DNA of 64,000 nt from a virus (taxonomy: Duplodnaviria; Caudoviricetes), in IMG/VR virus record IMGVR_UViG_3300031851_000017, positions 2,054 through 66,053 of that record; one strand, 5' to 3'. This document shows positions 29,123-39,500 of the stretch, in pieces. Position 1 is the stretch's first letter. Each line of letters opens with the position of its first letter. A program made the translations under genes and the position numbers. A model generated the notes under the pieces. The model made no database searches. It was given only the letters and a program-made list of their open reading frames with translations, and was not told the origin of the DNA.

Positions 29123-30220
29123 TTACTCACCAAACGTATAATAAAATAAAATGTTACTGTAACTAGGTGTTAAAGTATTGATTGTTAAACTCGGTTCTTT
29201 CCCTTTGTGCATTGAGATTTCAAAAAGTTCTCCCATAAATTGTTCACTAGTAAGAGTTCCTTTACCTATTCTAGATTCGCCATTATTTGTAGTTGAATCA
29301 AACTCAAAGGTAGGAACTGTAAGAGTTTGAGTTTTGATAGATTGATTATTAACATACAATTCTATTTGCCCGTTCTTTCTATACGAACAAGAAACTTTGT
29401 AAACTTCTTCCAAATACAATGCTTCTCTAGGCTGAGAAATATAAATTAAACCTCCCGATAAGTAGGAAGAAATGCTAAGTGTAGTATTTGTGCCGCTTTT
29501 ACTAATCACTTTTCCTAAACTAACTCCACTACTACTAAATATTTCAGTTCCTCCACTATTATGTGCGCCTAATTTAGCCATTTTATCAGAAGCACTACTA
29601 CCAAAAGTTAGCGTAGCACCCGCGCCTCCACTTCCATTTGAAATAGTAGCATCGGAAGCCAGTTCTGTAAGACTAGTATTGTTTTTTTGATAATAACCGT
29701 TTTCATCATAATAACCATGTAAGGTATTTACAGAAGTTATAATAGGATTATCGCTAGAAATAGTAGTAGTTAAACCGGAAGTATTTGTAAAATCAACACA
29801 CAGTTTATATTCAGCAGGTTGATTATAATTAGTAGTTGTAGTATTCTGTAAATAAAACTTAAAATTGTTATTATAAAATAACATCATTTTGTGAGATAAC
29901 CTACTTGTTACATGATTTGTGTAATCCCCTGTTCCAAAATATCTAGAACTTTGGTAATCATCAAAAGTAGAAGAATAAGAATCTCTAGGACTAGGAGGTG
30001 TTCTCGTAGAAGTTTTTGTATCTACATCAGCAGAACCATGTCCGTTTCCATTAACGTCATATGGCGTTATAATTGCTTCAATGGTAAAGTTATCAGTATG
30101 ATTCCAAAAGTTGCCTTTAGAAGCGGCTGTACCTACTGTATCGGCATCTAATTTTAAATAGCCATCACACATAACAGGAAAGACTAATGCTTTAGAATCT
30201 CCAATATATACGTTAGCCAT
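29123..30220 (-). CDS. LamG/ConA-like tail protein with internal insertion
   Basis: NFTIEAII...ELYVNN...RIGK...FMGELFEI LamG signature split by ~200 aa. Confidence 0.65.
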   Translation of the reverse strand: MANVYIGDSKALVFPVMCDGYLKLDADTVGTAASKGNFWNHTDNFTIEAIITPYDVNGNGHGSADVDTKTSTRTPPSPRDSYSSTFDDYQSSRYFGTGDYTNHVTSRLSHKMMLFYNNNFKFYLQNTTTTNYNQPAEYKLCVDFTNTSGLTTTISSDNPIITSVNTLHGYYDENGYYQKNNTSLTELASDATISNGSGGAGATLTFGSSASDKMAKLGAHNSGGTEIFSSSGVSLGKVISKSGTNTTLSISSYLSGGLIYISQPREALYLEEVYKVSCSYRKNGQIELYVNNQSIKTQTLTVPTFEFDSTTNNGESRIGKGTLTSEQFMGELFEISMHKGKEPSLTINTLTPSYSNILFYYTFGE

Positions 30221-30231
30221 TTTTCTTCACC

Positions 30232-30969
30232 TCAATCAAAGAAATTGTCGCCTATCACTTTTGCTTCTTCAAAGTCTAATTGATATCCAATCGTAGGAAA
30301 CTCACTAGCAATAATATTAGTAGTAAAGGAACGCATAAATCCTTCAACACCAATATGATTATTATTTAATGATATATTATCAAAAATGTTAGATTGACTA
30401 CTCATAGTATTGCCTGTACCAAATGTGAAGGAATTATCAAATGCTCGATTTTTCCAAGAAAAAGGAATTAAGGGTACTTTGTCTATACTTAGAACTCTCA
30501 TTTCTGCGGCTGTAACTGTATTTCCGTCTTTATCCTTTGTTCTTTGGTCGAAAGCATTGTTTACTTTACTAGGATAAAAGAATAATATTTTACTTATATT
30601 TTGGTCGTCCTGTAAAGAACTAGAATCAGCGTAAGAATGTATTAGTTGCATTAGTTCAAATGATGTCATAACAACATCTCTTTCATTATCCGAACCTTGT
30701 TCTGATTGTTTGATAATATTTTGTTCGGTTAATCTGCCCGTTATATTAATTGTCTTACTAGCGAGACCCATATCAAAAGCAAGATTTAGTGATTCTCCCG
30801 TTATCGCCCCTGCTAATGGAACAGGAACGTTAGGTACACTTTTACCTGTTGAAATATTTACAGTTTCAACGTGTAATGGTATTCTATTTTTAATAGCACT
30901 ACCCGAACCTATATCATTTCTTCTAGATAATTCTAACATTACCATATTATTCGGATTTAAAACACTCAA
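30232..30969 (-). CDS. Distal tail / tube-initiator-like protein
   Basis: Immediately after the TMP; DMGLASKTINITG and YQLDFEEA strands. Confidence 0.55.
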   Translation of the reverse strand: MSVLNPNNMVMLELSRRNDIGSGSAIKNRIPLHVETVNISTGKSVPNVPVPLAGAITGESLNLAFDMGLASKTINITGRLTEQNIIKQSEQGSDNERDVVMTSFELMQLIHSYADSSSLQDDQNISKILFFYPSKVNNAFDQRTKDKDGNTVTAAEMRVLSIDKVPLIPFSWKNRAFDNSFTFGTGNTMSSQSNIFDNISLNNNHIGVEGFMRSFTTNIIASEFPTIGYQLDFEEAKVIGDNFFD

Positions 30970-32480
30970 AAGAAACTCACTCCATTATTTGACCTCATCA
31001 TTTTAAGTTTAATTTCCTTACCTATTTTATTTGCTATGTCTCTTATTTCTGCATCCGATGCACCAACTCGACCACTAACATGAATGTGTATTGTATTGCC
31101 TCCCGAACTTCCCATTCTTTGACTATCTGCATTAGAATGAACTCTAGAACCTCTAGGTAAGGATACTAATTCCGGCCCTTTTTCTCCTACTAACTGCATA
31201 TTAGAATTTACTATTCCTCCTGTTGAAAGCCCCACCATCTTCTTCACAACTGCGGCCACTACACCCGCAATAGCGGCGATTATTAAAACAGGTAAACTGA
31301 TAAGTGTGCTACCTAATAATGCCATTATTCCCACAACTACCGCAACTAATTGCACTACATCTAATACCATTGTAGCAAAGCCCTTCAAACTTAAAAACCC
31401 ATCTTTTAATCTTTCCCAAATTAACTTTAATGTCCCTCCTATTACTACGGTTATGGCAGTTCCTATTGCCGTTAAAGCAAGTAATACTACACCACCAAAA
31501 ACCTGTAATAATCCCCATAATAATAAAATTATATCTCCATTTTCTAAAGCATATTTAATATCCGCAATACCATTAGAAATAATTCCCATAGTATATGCTA
31601 TAATAGTCATAGCGACTTCAAATATTTCTCCTAACCACTCCATAGTTGTCGCGAATGGTTCTTTGAAACCTTCAAATACATTTTTTAATAATACTAAACC
31701 TACTAATATTGCCGCTAAACCTAACATGAACTTAGCAAAAAACACCAATCCTGTTTTTATAAACTTACCAAAATTAAGCCATGTTTGTATTTTAAATACT
31801 TTTTTAATTTGACCCACATATTCACTCGCAATTAATTGTTTTTGCAATAATTTAACTCTAATATTATCAAACCTACTACCTGTTGTTCCGATAGAACTAC
31901 CTGCCGCTTGTCTTTCTCTTAATTCATCTTGTAGTCGTCTTTTTCTGTTTGTTCTTTTGTCAATTGCTTTTTGTTCTGTTGTTGTTTGTTGATGTAATTC
32001 CCTAAAAATTTCTTTTACTGCCTGTATCATTTCTATTTCATCTTCAATAGTTTGAATACCATCCTTACCAAAAAGAGAAAATTCTGTTCCCTTAAACTCT
32101 GAAAGGTTTTCTTCTAGTAAAAATATTAAATTCGATATATTATCTACATCTTTTAGTGCATCTTTATCAAATATTCCTTTAATTGGTTCTAATCTTTGCG
32201 AGGCTTCCATTGCTTCTGTTGCACCTTTTACCGCAAGTTGAAGTTGTTTCATTGATGGCACAGTTTTTTTTGTTATCTCGTTAGCCACATGAATAATTCC
32301 TCTTAATGTATTTTGTAACTCCCAAAATGCACCTGTTCCTGAAGTAAATCTACTTAGTATAGTCCAGTATGAACTATATCTTAGTTTCTTTGTTACGTCA
32401 TAAAGTTTAGTTGTATCAGAAGTTATTTTTCTTGTTGCATCTGCAAAACTCAACATATCTTTGGTAGCATTATCAACCAT
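30966..32480 (-). CDS. Tape measure protein (504 aa)
   Basis: Follows the G/GT chaperone; helical with long hydrophobic segments; C-terminal STGGIV...VGEKGPELV motif. Confidence 0.85.
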   Translation of the reverse strand: MVDNATKDMLSFADATRKITSDTTKLYDVTKKLRYSSYWTILSRFTSGTGAFWELQNTLRGIIHVANEITKKTVPSMKQLQLAVKGATEAMEASQRLEPIKGIFDKDALKDVDNISNLIFLLEENLSEFKGTEFSLFGKDGIQTIEDEIEMIQAVKEIFRELHQQTTTEQKAIDKRTNRKRRLQDELRERQAAGSSIGTTGSRFDNIRVKLLQKQLIASEYVGQIKKVFKIQTWLNFGKFIKTGLVFFAKFMLGLAAILVGLVLLKNVFEGFKEPFATTMEWLGEIFEVAMTIIAYTMGIISNGIADIKYALENGDIILLLWGLLQVFGGVVLLALTAIGTAITVVIGGTLKLIWERLKDGFLSLKGFATMVLDVVQLVAVVVGIMALLGSTLISLPVLIIAAIAGVVAAVVKKMVGLSTGGIVNSNMQLVGEKGPELVSLPRGSRVHSNADSQRMGSSGGNTIHIHVSGRVGASDAEIRDIANKIGKEIKLKMMRSNNGVSFF

Positions 32481-32484
32481 ATTA

Positions 32485-32700
32485 TCACTTCTTATTCATT
32501 TTATCCATTTCTTCTGACTCTATCTTTTTAAATTCACCATGAACTTCTAGCATTTGTTTTATGAGAATAGCGGGGGTATTGTAAGCCTCTAAAGGACTAG
32601 TTCCGAAAGTGGTTGAATATGTATATATCATTATCCGTGATGCAATATGCGGCGGCACATTACCGCCTTTTAATGCTCTACGAACTAACTTTCGTTTCCC
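32485..32700 (-). CDS. Tail chaperone T segment, reached by -1 frameshift
   Basis: The -1 frame is open for 71 codons from the GGGAAAC heptamer (GKRKLVRRALKGG...DKMNKK*) and ends 4 nt before the TMP start. Confidence 0.85.
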   Translation of the reverse strand, partial: GKRKLVRRALKGGNVPPHIASRIMIYTYSTTFGTSPLEAYNTPAILIKQMLEVHGEFKKIESEEMDKMNKK

Positions 32701-33056
32701 GTATCATCCCCCATCATATCGGTGAAAGGATTAGGGAGAATTTCTTTAAGTTGTGCGCCAACATAAGGGCTAAGTCGTAGTAAATCAACAGACGTTAAAA
32801 CGGGGTCTGTTTTTTCAACAAAGTTTTCAACCATAAATCTATACATTTTATTCAAATCTAAATCAAAAGATTTAGACTGCGAATCAATGTTCATTACACT
32901 TGACAACGCTTGTTCTACCTGTAACCAAGTTGGTTCTTTAATCCAAACTTGTAGGTATTCATCACTATCAGGGGCTACCCTTATGTGATGGCATTCTGTA
33001 TTTACTGCGGCAAATAGCCGACTCTTATCTGTTATTGCTTTCTTTTCTTCTACCAT
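32685..33056 (-). CDS. Tail assembly chaperone (gpG-like)
   Basis: 123 aa between tail tube and TMP; ends DDTGNES over the slippery site. Confidence 0.85.
   Translation of the reverse strand: MVEEKKAITDKSRLFAAVNTECHHIRVAPDSDEYLQVWIKEPTWLQVEQALSSVMNIDSQSKSFDLDLNKMYRFMVENFVEKTDPVLTSVDLLRLSPYVGAQLKEILPNPFTDMMGDDTGNES
32694..32700 (-). other. -1 programmed ribosomal frameshift slippery site G GGA AAC
   Basis: X XXY YYZ heptamer in correct frame two codons before the stop of 32685..33056; lambda G/GT-like position between tail tube and TMP. Confidence 0.85.
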
Positions 33057-33143
33057 GTTTTTCCACCTAACTATATACTAACAAACAAACGATGTTAGTG
33101 GAATGTGATATTGAACTATTATCTAATTTAATAGTCCTCCGTA

Positions 33144-34673
33144 TTAATGCATTAAAGCCCATTTACCTTTATATTGTGCATTTGATAATGTTCTTGCTGA
33201 CGCTGTAAAGGATGCTTCTATCGCACCTTTATCTTCGGGGAAAGGAATATCAACATTAGTTATTATAAAATCTGTTAATTTTAATTTAATAAACTCACCC
33301 GTTGCAGTATCCTTTGTAAAGTTTATTTCTATATCTCCACTAGATTCTGTGCTTCCTCTTAATTCATCCCACAATTTAGTATCTGTAATTAATACTGACA
33401 TTTGAATTTCATATGTTCTTTGTGCAGGTATATGTTCATTCATAACTTGCCTACTTGTATTTCCGATAAATCTCTGAGGGGTAATATTATTATTAATTGT
33501 AATAGAACCGGATTTTACTCTTGCATAAGTTTCACTAAATACTTTTAACGAACCATCAGAAAACATAAATGGGTAATTATCAGAAGCAGTAGCACTAAAA
33601 TTTTGTAAATCACTAGGATTTAATTTTCCATTATGGGGAATGTAATCGTTGGAATTATCAGTAACAACATCGTATGCTCTCCTAGTAACTAAAGACAAAT
33701 TAGTTTTCAGTTCTTCACCTTCTGTAAAGTTAAGAGACAAGGTATTAACTTGACACCCCGTAAATATTCGAGAATACATATTCTCATGTGGGGTCAAATT
33801 ATCAACGGCTGTGCTTGCAGACACCCCCGCTTTTCTATATGATACATCTAACCCGAAAGAAGGTAGTGAAGCCCCGTTCGATTCATCGAAAGTATAGGTT
33901 AAAATATCAGAACTAGCAATTTCATCATAAGTAGTTAAATTACTAAAAGTACCATCGGTAGTATCATTTGTAGTTAAAGGTGGATATTCAATACCGCCCG
34001 CTATAACTCTTGAAATTCCAACCCCTCCACTTTTGTAAATGAATTTGTTTGTTGTATTTACATCCCAATCATCAGAAGAACCATTACTGTTCGATAATGA
34101 AGATACTTTTCCTAAAGCATAATACAACCAAGAACCATTATTCATTGATAGGTCTAAAGAACCTCCACTAACGGTTTCTGCTCCTTTGTATTGTAAAGCA
34201 AGATTTCTTGTATTGCCTCCCATTAATGGTAATTGTGTAGTTTGAACATCCACACTAGGCGGAGTAAAACTATTAACTAACCCTAACCAATTATCAGAAA
34301 GTAATTTTTCATTAGTAGTTGAAGGAGCAATAACAGGCGCACCGAATGCTAATAATTTAACATCCACATTTTCAGCCCCCGCACTTGTCATTACCGAAAC
34401 ATCAGAATCAAAAGTAAAACTACTTGCAGTATTAGAAGTAACTGTAACATAAAAAACAGTATCAGTAGTTTCATTAATTACTTTTGCTCTGCAACCAACA
34501 TATAGGTCTTTTAAAAATTTATATTTTGCTTGTTCCGAACTGTCTAATACTACAATGTTTAGATTAGTATTCCCACTAGCCCAAGTTACATTCATACTAT
34601 CAAAAAACATATCCATTTCAGGCACTAACGTAGCCATTGTCCCTGCGCCTACAAATACTTCATTACTTACCAT
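33144..34673 (-). CDS. Major tail (tube) protein
   Basis: GSWLYYALG, GCQVNTLSLNF, SGSITINNN, RTYEI tube-protein-like motifs; position after the tail terminator. Confidence 0.78.
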   Translation of the reverse strand: MVSNEVFVGAGTMATLVPEMDMFFDSMNVTWASGNTNLNIVVLDSSEQAKYKFLKDLYVGCRAKVINETTDTVFYVTVTSNTASSFTFDSDVSVMTSAGAENVDVKLLAFGAPVIAPSTTNEKLLSDNWLGLVNSFTPPSVDVQTTQLPLMGGNTRNLALQYKGAETVSGGSLDLSMNNGSWLYYALGKVSSLSNSNGSSDDWDVNTTNKFIYKSGGVGISRVIAGGIEYPPLTTNDTTDGTFSNLTTYDEIASSDILTYTFDESNGASLPSFGLDVSYRKAGVSASTAVDNLTPHENMYSRIFTGCQVNTLSLNFTEGEELKTNLSLVTRRAYDVVTDNSNDYIPHNGKLNPSDLQNFSATASDNYPFMFSDGSLKVFSETYARVKSGSITINNNITPQRFIGNTSRQVMNEHIPAQRTYEIQMSVLITDTKLWDELRGSTESSGDIEINFTKDTATGEFIKLKLTDFIITNVDIPFPEDKGAIEASFTASARTLSNAQYKGKWALMH

Positions 34674-34684
34674 TTTTAATCACC

Positions 34685-35212
34685 CTATGTATTCCGTCCA
34701 ATCCGTTTCATTTCAACTGATAACTTATACCCTAATAGTCTTTTACCTCTATCATTAGCCTCGCTTCTACTTGTTAACTTTAGTAACTCAGCACTTTCCT
34801 CTATTGTTCCCGAAGTTCCCCCACCAACATAAACAGTTGGACGTAGAGAGTTATGTTCTAAAATGTATCGTGTAATTCTATACAATGCTTGCAATCTATC
34901 CCTAGAATAAGTAGCATTTGGAAAATCTCGTCTATGCAAAACTCTTATGTGTAAAGTAAAATTAAATGTTTCATTTCTAACAGCATAGTCTATTGTAGGA
35001 TAACTTGTTGTAGCACTATCTTCAAAAACAATAACTACCTCTTGAGAATCAACATCAACCCGTCTTCCTTCTTTTGGAACAATAGACCTAACATCAATAA
35101 ACTTAGGTGTTACTGCATGACTCGCTACAATACTACCATTATTTGTTAGAGTTGTAGCAGTAGCAGCCCAATTATCATTAAGTAATCTAACAATAAAACT
35201 TACTTCATCCAT
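34685..35212 (-). CDS. Tail terminator / completion protein
   Basis: 175 aa, directly upstream of the tail tube gene; alpha/beta pattern. Confidence 0.55.
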   Translation of the reverse strand: MDEVSFIVRLLNDNWAATATTLTNNGSIVASHAVTPKFIDVRSIVPKEGRRVDVDSQEVVIVFEDSATTSYPTIDYAVRNETFNFTLHIRVLHRRDFPNATYSRDRLQALYRITRYILEHNSLRPTVYVGGGTSGTIEESAELLKLTSRSEANDRGKRLLGYKLSVEMKRIGRNT

Positions 35213-35217
35213 ATTAT

Positions 35218-35433
35218 TTACCCTCTTCTTTCTCTTCCTATCAATGCAGCATATGTTTCTTTTTGAAAATCATTTTTTAATTTTTTTAGTAAAAGTTCTA
35301 TTGCGTGTTTTTGCATTTCTTCATCAGATAAACTAATATCAAAACCTAAAATCCCTTCCATTTCTTTCAATATAATATTACGTTCTACTTGTATTCTTAA
35401 CATTTCCGTCAAAAATGCTTGATAATTTTCCAT
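35218..35433 (-). CDS. Hypothetical protein (71 aa)
   Basis: In-operon ORF. Confidence 0.6.
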   Translation of the reverse strand: MENYQAFLTEMLRIQVERNIILKEMEGILGFDISLSDEEMQKHAIELLLKKLKNDFQKETYAALIGRERRG

Positions 35434-35437
35434 AATA

Positions 35438-36514
35438 TCACGATATAAAATGTATTAGATTCTTTTTACCTGCTATAATTTTATTCGCTTCTTCAAGTAA
35501 AATATCATGTTTAGTTTTCAAATCTATATTAGAACCCGTTTCTGATATTATAATAGAATTATCATCATGTCTTATAATTTCGGCTGCTACTAATTTAGTC
35601 GCTGCTTCATGTATTCCGGCAGGTACTCTTCCATTGCCCGCTACATATGTAACTCTAATGGAATGGTTTTGAACATAAGGAAATTCTCTTCTAAAAAATA
35701 TTTTTCCTTCATCGTTTATAGTCCAATAGTCTCCCATTCTATTTTGGTCTTGATTATCTGTAAATGTCGCCACCGTTCCGAAGTTTGATGTTATAGTGCA
35801 AGCCGAACCATCTTCACCCATTAACAAAGAAGATATAATTACAGTTTTACTATCTTCTGAATCAGTAGTTGCATAAAAGAAATCTGAAATGTTAACATTA
35901 GAATTTCCATTAGCAGTAACAGATTTAGCAGCAGTTTCACCTGTAAAGTTTGCAGTTTTAGCGGGAAACACTTCATTAATTGTATCTACTAATTGACTAG
36001 CAGTAGTTTTAGCACCAAAGTTATCATAAAAATGTGTTCCTTCTATTATATTAAAAGTATAACTTCCTACTGTTAATGAGATAGTCCAAGTACTATTTGT
36101 TACAGATGTCGGTAAAGTAATTTTTGCAGTAGCAGATGCCAAATCTTTGTATTCATTTCCCTGCCATACTTCTAATCTAACTATTTTCCTAATTTTTGGT
36201 TGAGATAGTTGTACAAAACCAACATAGTCTTTCCATATAGATACAGGATAAGCCCCTTGATTCCATCCATCAAAAGAAAAATATTCATCCTTATGTATTA
36301 TAGGTCTAAACGATTGACCTATACCACCATCTATTTTTTCTTCCACTCTCTTTATAATTTTTCCAATTTCTGCTCTTGTAGGTGTTGTCGTATCAGAAAA
36401 TGCTCCAATTTGTAATAGGTTAGAAACATCTGTATGTGTAGTATAATGACCGTTACCTATTGTATAGTTTACGTTGATATTTGTAAAATCACTTGGAGAG
36501 GAAACCTTTGCCAT
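35438..36514 (-). CDS. Head-tail adaptor (gp6/gp15-like) with inserted beta domain
   Basis: YTTHTDVSNLL, EEKID, IRVTYVAG...VPAGIHEAATKLVA. Confidence 0.75.
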   Translation of the reverse strand: MAKVSSPSDFTNINVNYTIGNGHYTTHTDVSNLLQIGAFSDTTTPTRAEIGKIIKRVEEKIDGGIGQSFRPIIHKDEYFSFDGWNQGAYPVSIWKDYVGFVQLSQPKIRKIVRLEVWQGNEYKDLASATAKITLPTSVTNSTWTISLTVGSYTFNIIEGTHFYDNFGAKTTASQLVDTINEVFPAKTANFTGETAAKSVTANGNSNVNISDFFYATTDSEDSKTVIISSLLMGEDGSACTITSNFGTVATFTDNQDQNRMGDYWTINDEGKIFFRREFPYVQNHSIRVTYVAGNGRVPAGIHEAATKLVAAEIIRHDDNSIIISETGSNIDLKTKHDILLEEANKIIAGKKNLIHFIS

Positions 36515-39500
36515 CTAATTCAATCCCATTAATTGCTTATATTTATACTGTGCGGCTAAAATCCTAGCGTTATCATTCATAGAAGTTTCTTTAGAACCCA
36601 CTTTACTCGGTATAGATGACCCCAATCTTGTTGATGCAGAAAATCCCCTTATTGGTTCATCAGTCTTACTTCCCGACATTGCCGATGATGGATTTAGTGA
36701 TTTTAGTGATTCACTAGTTTTAGAATCAAAGGATACAAATGGAATATATTTTAGTTGACCCAAACCCGCCAACATTCCTCTAGGCAAAGTTGTCATTAAT
36801 TTGCTATCTTTATTTTTTATTTCTAATTTAGGAATTTTCCTTTTATTCGGTAGTATTTCTTCTACAAACAATTGCTGTAATGTTTTAGTTATGTTAAACA
36901 TATTATAACTATTTTGACCTGCTCTATTTTCTCTTAATAAACTTCCTAAGTTTAACAAATTCTTGAATGATTTAAAATCTAATTTATCCACTCTTTTTGT
37001 TTTAGTACCTTTTTCATCTGTTTGTTCTTTTAACGTTATTAAAAAGTTACCGAAAAGACTTACTAACTGTTCTCTATCAGTTTTACTTAGCCAAAAGAAT
37101 AAACTGTTAATTTCATCAACCTCTTCTATTTCTTCGATAGTAAGTGAAAACATTTTTGTTATTTTGTTTAGTTGTTTTTTTCTTAATATTTCAGACTTAC
37201 TAACATTACCCTTTTGGTCTTCATATGTTTGTGTTATTTCTTCAATTATATTATTCAATGTTATTATATCAACATTATCGTATGCAAAATTCCCTCTTAA
37301 TATGCTTTTGTAATAACCTTGATAGCCGTCCTCAAACCATGTTGGAAATATATCAGTTTCCACTGTTTCTTCTTGGTCTACCCATTCTCTTTTTTCTCTT
37401 TCTTCTTTCTGTAAAGAGCCATAAGAAAGAAGTATTTTTTTATTGTCTTCACTTGTAAACCACTTATACGCTTCTGATTCTTTGAACTTATCAAAAATTT
37501 CCTTTGCACTTTCTGTAACTTCTTCTGTAACTTCTTCTGTAAGCATTCCATCCATTTCATCTGAATCAAATCCCACGCGTAGATTTGACAAACCTACGAG
37601 ATATTTTCCATATAATCTAAATAAATTATCAACATCTTCTTGTTTTCCGCTATTTGTTAATTTCTTAATATTTTGAGATGTAATGGTTTTACCATCTTTT
37701 GTTTCAATTTTTAGACGATTCATTAAATCATTTATTTTTTTAAAGTCATTATACGTTGCATCTATCGCCCACCTAATTCTAGTTTCAGGATTTCCTGAAT
37801 TTTCGCCCTTTCCCGATGTGTTAAAAATAGAAGTTGTTAGATAAAAGGCAGCATCATCCCAATTACCTTTGTTAGTAACCTTTTCTAATTTTCTAGGAGA
37901 ACCTTTAGTAAAATTATAACTATCTTTTTGTAAAAGCGTGTGCAATTTTTGTTGGAAAGGCATAATATCATCTACAATTAAATTATGTATTCTATCTACA
38001 TCTTTATGAAATGTGTCGGGGGTGTTGTATAATAATCTAGAATCCGAAGATGTACCTTTAGGTCTTGTTCCTGTATCTTCATCAGCGAGTTGTGTTCCAT
38101 ATTTTTTATTATAGTTTAAAAATTCATTAAAATTCTCTTTACTTTGTAACGCTTCTTTAGCCTTGCCGTCTGCAAATTTTAACTTAAACGTATATTTACC
38201 CATCATTACTTCGCCTTTTTGTGGTGTTAATACTGCTTTAATAGCAGCACCAATATCATACATTGCAGTACTACTTATTCTTGTATCACTAGCAATTATT
38301 TTTTCAATTAATTTAGTGGCTCTTGCCTCATCGGTAATTTCGTTATAAAATTGTTTAACAGTATCGTAAGCCTGTTGTTCAGATAGTCCCATGTAATTGC
38401 CTCCTGTTTCGGGCTTCAAAGAAGAAAACACATTATACATTTCAACTACGGGCGTTTCTATTGGATTGCGATTATCCTTTTGGTCTAAAAATGGATTATT
38501 AGGGTCTTTTGATTGACCTTTAAAATGTCTTTCTAACATTGTGCGTGTAGTTTTTTCATCACTAAATATTCTTTCTAACACTAAAATTCCATTAGTAAAA
38601 CTAGGCTCGAAGAAGTCTTTAAACCCACTAAAATCTGTATCCTTTGGTGTAAATTTTTTATTGGAAAAGTTTTTATTTTTGTTTTTCCAATTAGGTTCTC
38701 TCTTTAAAAAAGTTATAGTTTTCAAAACACTTTTTAGAAGTTGTTTTTCTATATCCTCTTCTTCATCTTGGTCGGTATCTTTAGTTTTTTCTTTATATAC
38801 ATTGTCTATAATATCTAATATTTCTTTAAGGACAGAAATGGCAAATTTCTGTTCGTTTCCTTCACTATCTTTTGGTTCGGATATTCGCTCTACAAACGCA
38901 CTACCGCCTTCTGATAAATCGCTAAGCAACATTAAAATCCATTTTGTCTTAGCATCTGATGTTTCAAAAATTTCTTTAGCCTTTGCAAACTTCTTTTTCT
39001 CATTTTCTTCACCATCTAATAGTGTCGTTAGATATTTAGTTTTTTCATTACTCTGACTTGTAGTATTTATCCATTTCTCGTATAGGTCTATTTTCGTTTT
39101 TAAATCTTCATCATCCCTAGTTGATAAATTATATTTAGATTTCTCATCTAATATATTTTTATCTAGTCCGGCTTTATCAAACACTTTTTGAAAATACTTA
39201 TTAGTGTCTATAATAATATTAAGTGAAGATTTGGTTTCTTTACCACTCTCTGATTTTGATGTTTCTAATTTAACAGTAATTATTCCTTTTTCTTTTAATA
39301 TTTCAGGTATATAAATAACCTTAGATTTATCAAATGAATCTATAACACTGTAATTACTTTCATCATCAACTTCTTCTAAAAGTGCAAGTTTATCTTCAAG
39401 ACCCTGTTCTATTGCTTCTTCAAATTCTGCATCAAAATTCATTCGTTTCTCTTTAGAGAGTCCATTCCTATGTTCCTTTAAGTTTTTAATTTTTTTATTC

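Noticed and set aside
33057-33143. ACTAACA...TGTTAGT inverted repeat between tail tube and chaperone genes
   Set aside because: Short and AT-rich; could be regulatory but the support is too weak to call.
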